Source: an uncultured Ruficoccus sp.
GTDB lineage: Bacteria > Verrucomicrobiota > Verrucomicrobiia > Opitutales > Cerasicoccaceae
Assembly (NCBI GenBank): GCA_965140785.1
Contig: OZ223514.1
Coordinates: forward strand, 64,001-128,000
Direction: 5' to 3'
Length of the DNA: 64,000 nucleotides
The notes under the pieces are model-generated. The model ran no database searches, was not told the DNA's origin, and was given only the letters and a program-made list of their open reading frames with translations. The position numbers were made by a program, and so were the translations under genes. Below are positions 57,729 to 64,000 of the stretch, piece by piece (the first letter of the stretch is position 1; every line of letters starts with the position of its first letter).

Positions 57729-58460
57729 ATGAAACTCACACCACTGATCATTCTCTCGCTCGTACCGTTTCTGCTTCATGCGGAAACTCAACTGGACAAG
57801 CAGCTCGCTGAGGCCAAGCAGGTCATCTCCACCGCGGACGATGTGCTGCAGGAAATACAGGCCAATGAAAAGACCGCCATCCCCTCTGATGTGCTTTCCG
57901 AGGCCGAGGCAGTTCTCATCGTGAAGCTCAACTCGGCCATGGTCGGGGTGGGCGGTTATGGCGGCACCGGCATCGCCATGGTCAACAACATCGACAACTG
58001 GAGCCCCCCCGCTATCTACACCGTCGGCGGCGGTAGCCTCGGGATCGAGATCGGCGCGACCGAGACCAACCTCGTGGCCCTGTTCATGAACAAGAAAGCC
58101 ATGCGCACCCTTTATGACAGCAGCATCCGCTGGGGTGTCGGCCTCTCCGTCAAGGCCGGTCCCGTCGGCGGTACCCTCGGTGCCAGCGGCTGGAAAGATG
58201 CCGACGTGCTCGTTTACCGCGTGAAAAAGGGCTTCGCCCTCGGTGCCTCCTTCTCCGGCGGCACGCTCGACTACAGCCAGGATCTCAACTCTGCGCTCTA
58301 CAAGGAGCCGGATGTTACCATCCAGGACATCCTCGGGATGCGCGTGCCGATGCCGGCTGAGGCGCTTGATGTGACCGACGAACTGCGCAAGCTCTCCTAT
58401 CAGGACAGCACGTCTGCCAGCACGAAGTCGGCGACGCCCGCCGCCAAGTCGTCCAAGTAA
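57729..58460 (+). CDS. Lipid-binding SYLF (Ysc84) domain protein
   Basis: IPSDVL..A.A, GG.GG.G, WSPP, GGSLG.EIG, AGPVG, G..LGAS..G. Confidence 0.88.
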   Translation: MKLTPLIILSLVPFLLHAETQLDKQLAEAKQVISTADDVLQEIQANEKTAIPSDVLSEAEAVLIVKLNSAMVGVGGYGGTGIAMVNNIDNWSPPAIYTVGGGSLGIEIGATETNLVALFMNKKAMRTLYDSSIRWGVGLSVKAGPVGGTLGASGWKDADVLVYRVKKGFALGASFSGGTLDYSQDLNSALYKEPDVTIQDILGMRVPMPAEALDVTDELRKLSYQDSTSASTKSATPAAKSSK

Positions 58461-58484
58461 ACGGCTCGCCCGCTTAACCTTTCG

Positions 58485-58514
58485 ACCCGCCGGAGAACTC
58501 CGGCGGGTTTTTTT
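58485..58514 (+). terminator. Rho-independent terminator
   Basis: acccgccggag-aa-ctccggcgggt followed by a T-run. Confidence 0.85.
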
Positions 58515-58631
58515 GGGCTTAAAAGGCAGGCCGTGTCCGCCGCCCGCCCCAGAGGTTCAAGGAAGCACCCTTTACAGCGCGGCTTTTTTTCTCCACAGTG
58601 GGCGGTTTTTAATCACCGACTTTCCCGACCC

Positions 58632-60002
58632 ATGTCCGACGTCCGCGTTAGATTCGCCCCCAGCCCGACGGGCTTCTTCCACATCGGCAGCGCCCGCACC
58701 GCGCTGTTCAACTGGCTCTATGCCCGCCACACCGGCGGCACCTTTGTCCTGCGCATTGAGGACACCGACTCGGTCCGCAATACCCCCGAGGCCCTGCAGG
58801 CGCTGCTCGACGGGATGCGCTGGCTCGGGCTGGACTGGGACGAGGGCCCCGAAAAGGGCGGCGACTTCGGGCCGTACTTTCAGAGTGAGCGCACGGGTAT
58901 TTACGAGGACTACCTCGCCCGCCTCACCGCCGCCGGACGCACCGAGGAGCGCGACGGGGCGGTGTATTTCAAGCTCCAGGGCGAGCGCTACACGGAGTTC
59001 GACAAGTACAAGAACGCCGAACTCGAAAAAGTCCGCAGCGAGCCCGTGGTGGTCGAGGACGCCGTGCGCGGGCGCGTCGAGCGCGTGGTCGATCAGGACT
59101 TCGTCATCCGCCGCAGCAACGGCGACTTCGGCTTCCATTTCGTCAACGTGGTGGATGACCTGTCGATGAAAATCACCCACGTCATCCGCGGCGAGGACCA
59201 CCTCTCCAACACCGCCCGTCACATCGAGCTTTATCAGGCTTTTGGGGCGACCCCGCCGGTCTTTGCCCACATCCCGCTCATCCTCAAAAGCGACGGGCGC
59301 GGCAAAATGAGCAAGCGCGAGTCCGGCGCGTTGATCGAGGAGTACGTCAGCCGCCACTTTCTGGCCCAGGCCGTGCGCAACTACCTATGCCTGCTGGGGT
59401 GGAACCCGAAGGACGACCGCGAGGTCATGCCGATCGAGGAGATTATCGAGCGCTTCGACTTCGCCGGGATCAACAAGGACGGCGCCCGCTTCGACGAGCA
59501 AAAACTCGCCCACATCAACACCGAGTACCTGCGCGCCCTGCCCCTGGAAACCTTTGTCTGGATGTCCGCGCCCGTGCTCGAAAGCGCCGGCCTGATCGGC
59601 GAGGGGACCGACGAGGATTACCTCCAGAGCGTGCTCGCCCTGTGCCAGCCAAAGGCCCGTTCGCTCGAAACCATACCCGAACTGGTCGTGCCGTTTTTCA
59701 AGGACGAGCTCGAAATCGACGGGAAGGCCCGCGAGAAGATTTTCAAGAAGGGCGAGCCGCTGACGCGGCTGGCCGAGCTGATCCCCGCGCTCGAAGCGCT
59801 GGAAACGTGGAACGAGGGGGCGCTGGAGCAGGCCTTTGGCGCGGTGGCCGAGGCCAACAGCCAGAAGCCGACCGCCTACTTCCCGATCTCACGCCTCGCG
59901 GTCAGCGGACAGGGGGGCGGCGTGCCGCTCTTCGGCCTGCTCGAAGCGCTCGGACGCGAGCGTGTGCTCAGCCGCATGCGGGCGTTCGCCGCGGCCAGTT
60001 GA
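58632..60002 (+). CDS. gltX: Glutamate--tRNA ligase
   Basis: [30 protein letters not shown]. Confidence 0.96.
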   Translation: MSDVRVRFAPSPTGFFHIGSARTALFNWLYARHTGGTFVLRIEDTDSVRNTPEALQALLDGMRWLGLDWDEGPEKGGDFGPYFQSERTGIYEDYLARLTAAGRTEERDGAVYFKLQGERYTEFDKYKNAELEKVRSEPVVVEDAVRGRVERVVDQDFVIRRSNGDFGFHFVNVVDDLSMKITHVIRGEDHLSNTARHIELYQAFGATPPVFAHIPLILKSDGRGKMSKRESGALIEEYVSRHFLAQAVRNYLCLLGWNPKDDREVMPIEEIIERFDFAGINKDGARFDEQKLAHINTEYLRALPLETFVWMSAPVLESAGLIGEGTDEDYLQSVLALCQPKARSLETIPELVVPFFKDELEIDGKAREKIFKKGEPLTRLAELIPALEALETWNEGALEQAFGAVAEANSQKPTAYFPISRLAVSGQGGGVPLFGLLEALGRERVLSRMRAFAAAS

Positions 60003-60118
60003 GCCTGTCCGAGAAATTTGCTGACGGGCGGCAAATATCCCGATCGGCTTTTTTTTAGGCCGTTATAAATGCGCGGGCAGACTTGATAGTTGCCCCAGGA
60101 TTGTCTAAATTGGGGGCC

Positions 60119-60535
60119 ATGATGAAAAAAGCTGTTCTCGTTTCCTTCTTTGCTCTGCTGGGTCTTTTTGCGCTGGCAGGGTGCAACACGACGATTAGCG
60201 GCCAGGAAGATGTGGCCGCGTACAACGCTGACCCGTTGAGCATGCAAATTCCCCCCGATGTATCCGGTGAGGTGCTTGAGCGGGCGATGAGGTCAACCTT
60301 CGAAGGACGCCGGTGGACGGTCATTTCCTCCTCTCCCACCAAGGTCACGGCGGTGCTCAACCACCGGGGATTTGAGGGCAAAGCCTCAATGGTTCGCGAG
60401 GGCGACGAGGTGAAGATATATTCGGATTCAACCATGGAGAATTACAAGGACGGTGAAGATGTCGAAGCCGTGCCGCTGGGTTGGCTGGAAAACCTGCAAA
60501 AGGATTTTCCCCGTCGCTTAGCGATGGCCAAGTGA
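60119..60535 (+). CDS. Lipoprotein
   Basis: Lipobox LAGC; C-terminal GWLENL. Confidence 0.8.
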   Translation: MMKKAVLVSFFALLGLFALAGCNTTISGQEDVAAYNADPLSMQIPPDVSGEVLERAMRSTFEGRRWTVISSSPTKVTAVLNHRGFEGKASMVREGDEVKIYSDSTMENYKDGEDVEAVPLGWLENLQKDFPRRLAMAK

Positions 60536-60554
60536 CTCTTTTAGTTTTGATTGT

Positions 60555-61508
60555 ATGCCGGTAACCGTCCGATTTGGGGCGAGCCAGACATGTTTCGACG
60601 CGCGGGCCGGAGTGCTTGCGCTGTCGATGCCCTGGCTGGCCGGTGCGAAAGAGGAACCCCTCTGGCCGGGTGAGCTCACGTCGCTGGGTGACGGCCTGCT
60701 GGCCGGGACGGATGGGCCGTGGCGTTGCCTGGCCCTGAGCGTGCCGGTGGACGGTGCCATGACCGGGACGGCCCGGCGGATTTTTTCAACTCTGCTGGAG
60801 GCACTCGGCCCGGCCCATTTCCTGCGGATCTGGAACTTCGTCCCTGCCATCAATGCGGAGACCGACGGACTGGAAAACTACCGCGCCTTCTGTCTGGGCC
60901 GCCATGAGGCCTTTGCCGCCCATTTCGGGACGGCGGCGGACCGGTATTTCTGCGCTGCCTCGGCGGTCGGGATCGACGGGCCGCACCTGAGCGTGATCGC
61001 CCTGGCCACGGAGTTGCCCGTTACCCACCTGGAAAATCCGTTCCAGTGCCCGGCTTATCAATACCCGCAGCGCTACGGGCCGCGTCCGCCGAGCTTCAGC
61101 CGCGCCAGCGTGGTGGGAGGGGAGGAACCGGCGGTGTACATTTCCGGCACGTCGGCAGTGCTCGGATCGGCCACCGTCGCCCCGGACGAGTTGCACGGGC
61201 AGCTCGAAACCACCGGCGAGAATCTGCACCGCATGCTCGGCCAGTGTGAGCGGGAGCTGGGTGCGGAGCCCTTCGCCCGGCTGGGAGCACCCTTCTGCCG
61301 CGTGTACCTGCGCCGGGCCGGGGACGCGCCCGCTGTCACCGCCTGGCTGGAGACCCAGTCGTGGTTTTCCCCGGAGCGCGCCAGCGTGGTGCGCTCGGAC
61401 ATCTGCCGGCAGGAACTGCGGGTGGAAATCGAGTTATCCTGGCCTTCCGTGCTTGCCGGGAGCGGGGTCGGCGGCAAGGTTCACGCTCATGGCAGCGACC
61501 CGTTATGA
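60555..61508 (+). CDS. Chorismatase-like protein (XanB2/FkbO/Hyg5; YjgF-fold)
   Basis: LRIWNFVP.IN, ENYRAFC.GR, AASAVG, ENPFQ.PAY.YP..YGPRPPSFSRA, ISGTSAV, DICRQEL.VEIE. Confidence 0.85.
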   Translation: MPVTVRFGASQTCFDARAGVLALSMPWLAGAKEEPLWPGELTSLGDGLLAGTDGPWRCLALSVPVDGAMTGTARRIFSTLLEALGPAHFLRIWNFVPAINAETDGLENYRAFCLGRHEAFAAHFGTAADRYFCAASAVGIDGPHLSVIALATELPVTHLENPFQCPAYQYPQRYGPRPPSFSRASVVGGEEPAVYISGTSAVLGSATVAPDELHGQLETTGENLHRMLGQCERELGAEPFARLGAPFCRVYLRRAGDAPAVTAWLETQSWFSPERASVVRSDICRQELRVEIELSWPSVLAGSGVGGKVHAHGSDPL

Positions 61509-62742
61509 TTGTCTGGTGATCGGTGCCGGCCCCGCCGGATCGGCAGCCGCAACCCTGCTGGCGCAGGCCGGTCGGCGTGTGCTCATGGTGGAAAAGGCGG
61601 CCTTCCCCCGCTTCCACATCGGCGAGTCTCTCATCCCGGCGGCCAACCGCGTGCTGCGCAAACTGGGCATGTGGGAACGCATCGAGCGGGCCGGTTTCGT
61701 ACGCAAGGAAGGGGCGGAGTTCACCTACGGCCCCGGCGAAGCGCGGGTCCACAATCGCTTCCGCGACGGCTATGTGCCGGGCTTGGACTATACGTATCAG
61801 GTGGAGCGGGCGAAGTTCGACCAGCTCCTGCTGGAACGGGCCTGCGAGGCCGGGGCGGAGCTGCTTCAGCCCGCCGAGGCGGTGTCCGCCGAGCAAACCG
61901 GGCGCGGCTGGCGCGTCGCGCTGAAGGTGGACGACCGCACCGAAACGGTGGAGGCGGACTGGCTGCTGGACGCCGCCGGACGCGGGCGCTGGTTGGGACG
62001 ACACTTGAACATCCCGACCGATTCGGTCCCGCTGCCGAAGCGTTTCGCCGTTTACAACCATTTCAAGGGCGTGGCCCGGAGTGCGGGGCCCGAGGCGGGC
62101 AACATCGTCATCACACGCATCCCGGGCGGGTGGTTCTGGTCGATCCCGCTCGACGAGGAACGCACCTCGGTCGGGCTGGTTGCCCTTCGCGACGGCGACC
62201 GTACGCCGCCGGAAGAAGTCTTCCGCCAGCGTGTAGCGGCCAACCCCTACATGCGCGCGTGCATGGGCGGTGCCGAGGCGCTGGACCGTTTCCGGGTGGA
62301 GGCCGATTACTCCTTCCTGCACCGGCGCTTCGCCGGGGAGCGCTGGCTGATGCTGGGCGACGCGGCGGGCTTCATCGATCCGGTCTTCTCGTCCGGGGTG
62401 TACCTGGCGCTGGAATCCGCCGACCTGGCCGCGGAGGCCATCCTCTGCGCCAATCCGAAAAAGGGCCTCCGCCCCCGCGCCCAACGCCGCTATCAGGGGC
62501 AGCTTCAGGCGCGAATGCGGGTCATGCTGGCCCTGATCGAAGTCTATTACGACGAGCGCTCCTTCTCGGTCTTCATGAGCCCGACGGAGCGCTACGGCCT
62601 CTTCCCGGCAGTCAATGCCGTGGTGGCGGGCTGCACGCGGATGCCCTTCGGCTTGAAATGGCGCTTCTGGCTCTTTCTGACCATCTGTCGCCTCAATAAG
62701 CGCCTGCCCATGGTGCCGCCGGTCAACCTCGAAGGTGGATGA
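61489..62742 (+). CDS. Flavin-dependent halogenase-like oxidoreductase (carrier-protein/phenol type)
   Basis: GAGPAG, FPRFHIGES, F.RKEGA, WFWSIP, GDAAGFIDPVFSSGV. Confidence 0.85.
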   Translation: MAATRYDCLVIGAGPAGSAAATLLAQAGRRVLMVEKAAFPRFHIGESLIPAANRVLRKLGMWERIERAGFVRKEGAEFTYGPGEARVHNRFRDGYVPGLDYTYQVERAKFDQLLLERACEAGAELLQPAEAVSAEQTGRGWRVALKVDDRTETVEADWLLDAAGRGRWLGRHLNIPTDSVPLPKRFAVYNHFKGVARSAGPEAGNIVITRIPGGWFWSIPLDEERTSVGLVALRDGDRTPPEEVFRQRVAANPYMRACMGGAEALDRFRVEADYSFLHRRFAGERWLMLGDAAGFIDPVFSSGVYLALESADLAAEAILCANPKKGLRPRAQRRYQGQLQARMRVMLALIEVYYDERSFSVFMSPTERYGLFPAVNAVVAGCTRMPFGLKWRFWLFLTICRLNKRLPMVPPVNLEGG

Positions 62743-63380
62743 GCACTGAAACGGCATCGCGGCGCTGGGTGCTCTGGACGCTGGCCCTGGTGGGGGCGGG
62801 TGGCCTGTGCTGGGCGCTGGTTCTGTGGGGGGCGGACTGGCGGGCTTTTATCGAGGATCACCCCAAGTCCGGGGCGGCGGTTTTCTGCGGGCTGATGATC
62901 CTGCTGCCGCTGGTGGGGTTTCCGATTTCGGCGTTCTATGTCTTCGCCGGACTGACCTTCCGGGTGCCGGTGGCGCTGGCGGCGGGCGGGGTGGGGCTCG
63001 CCGTGAATATGAGCCTGGGCTACCTGCTGGCGCGTACCATCTGGCGCGAGCCCCTGCGGCGGCGGTTGGAGGCGCGCTGGCCCCGGCTGTTTACCCTGGA
63101 CCGCAACGCCTGCGCCCAGGTGACACTGCTCGTGCGCGCCGTGCCGGGCGTGCCCTTTACCGCGCAGAACTACCTGCTGGGCGTGCTGGCGGTGCCTTTC
63201 GGGTTGTATTTAAGCATTTCCTGGGCCGTGCAGTTTCTCTTCCTCACGGGCGTGGTGCTGACCACGCGTGGCGTGGTGGAGAGCGATGGAGCCCAGGCGC
63301 TGTGGGGCGGGGTGGCGGTGCTGGTCGTGGTGATCAGCCTGCGGCTGGCCTGGCGGCGGTGGAAACGGCGCAGCATTTGA
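62739..63380 (+). CDS. TVP38/TMEM64 (DedA/VTT) membrane protein
   Basis: LPLVGFP, GYLLAR, RAVPGVPF..QNYLLG; ATGA overlap with the upstream gene. Confidence 0.82.
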   Translation: MSTETASRRWVLWTLALVGAGGLCWALVLWGADWRAFIEDHPKSGAAVFCGLMILLPLVGFPISAFYVFAGLTFRVPVALAAGGVGLAVNMSLGYLLARTIWREPLRRRLEARWPRLFTLDRNACAQVTLLVRAVPGVPFTAQNYLLGVLAVPFGLYLSISWAVQFLFLTGVVLTTRGVVESDGAQALWGGVAVLVVVISLRLAWRRWKRRSI

Positions 63381-63422
63381 CTTGTGGCTGCTCCTGAGTT
63401 CGCTATTTTTTAGCCGTTACCT

Positions 63423-63689
63423 ATGGGCGAAGATCTTAAAAAACGCTTAAAAACGCTGATCATCGAGGCGTTGTCTCTGGAAGATGTCGAGCCGGACGAT
63501 CTGGCCGACGACACGCCGCTGATGGAGTCCGGGCTCGGCTTGGACTCGATTGACGCCCTCGAACTGGTCGTGACCGTGGAAAAAGAGTTTTCGATCAAGA
63601 TCAAGAACAGCGAAGAGGCCCGCAGTGCCCTGCGCAGCATCGATACCCTGGCGCAATTTATCCGCGAGCGGCAGGCAGCTTCGGCTTGA
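63423..63689 (+). CDS. Acyl carrier protein
   Basis: GLGLDSIDALELVV phosphopantetheine motif. Confidence 0.93.
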   Translation: MGEDLKKRLKTLIIEALSLEDVEPDDLADDTPLMESGLGLDSIDALELVVTVEKEFSIKIKNSEEARSALRSIDTLAQFIRERQAASA

Positions 63690-63720
63690 GCCCGCCGGGG
63701 CATGGGCGTAGATTCTCTTT

Positions 63721-64000
63721 ATGGTTAGTCGTGCAGGGAGCTCTCAGGTTTACATCGATGCCTGCGACTGCCTAAGCGTGTTGGGCGATGCCGCCCAAAC
63801 CTGCGAGCGCCTCAAGGCCGGGGAAATCGCCCTTCAGCCCCATCCGGCCCTCGAAACGGACTCCGAAGCGGTGCCATTGGCACTGACGGGGCCTTTTGCG
63901 GCGACCACACCGCCGCGCTGGCTGCAACCATGTCGGGAGTTATTGGATAAAGTCCCGGACGCTCCCTGGGGCACGACGAAGTTTCCCGTCGTCATCTCCA
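63721..64000 (+). CDS. Beta-ketoacyl synthase-like protein, N-terminal part (truncated by the window)
   Basis: Open frame from ATG 63721 (VYIDACDCLSVLGD...L.AGE), follows the ACP. Confidence 0.55.
   Translation, partial: MVSRAGSSQVYIDACDCLSVLGDAAQTCERLKAGEIALQPHPALETDSEAVPLALTGPFAATTPPRWLQPCRELLDKVPDAPWGTTKFPVVIS

Overview
GC-rich bacterial chromosomal window, most likely Verrucomicrobiota/Opitutia (inferred from PEP-CTERM proteins, the multi-ATP-cone NrdA and the gene content). It is mostly housekeeping genes: trpA, dat, waaA, an M16 protease, trxA, dps, miaA, accA, glnK-amtB, aspS, nrdA, a split metH, rsmG and gltX. Three blocks (about 16-21.5 kb, 42.8-46.6 kb and 52-57 kb) contain many single-base frameshifts, including in essential accA, which most likely reflects long-read indel errors. 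The best candidates for poorly described systems are: (i) the start of a biosynthetic cluster (chorismatase-like, flavin-dependent halogenase, DedA, ACP, ketosynthase-like) resembling a halogenated aryl-polyene/xanthomonadin-type pathway, truncated at the right edge; (ii) a secreted, apparently circularly permuted SpoIVB/S55 peptidase paired with a large beta-propeller protein; (iii) a PlcP/Agt-like lipid-remodelling pair with Pho-box-like repeats; (iv) a DUF4153/4173 membrane operon with its own winged-helix regulator and a twin palindromic operator. Non-coding elements include a 167-bp MITE in a CTAG site, an internally deleted IS1016-like element, several REP-like dispersed repeat families, a sigma54 promoter, tandem NrdR boxes and a SahR/SamR-like palindrome. 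No rRNA, tRNA or CRISPR array was seen. All family calls come from motif recognition, not database searches.
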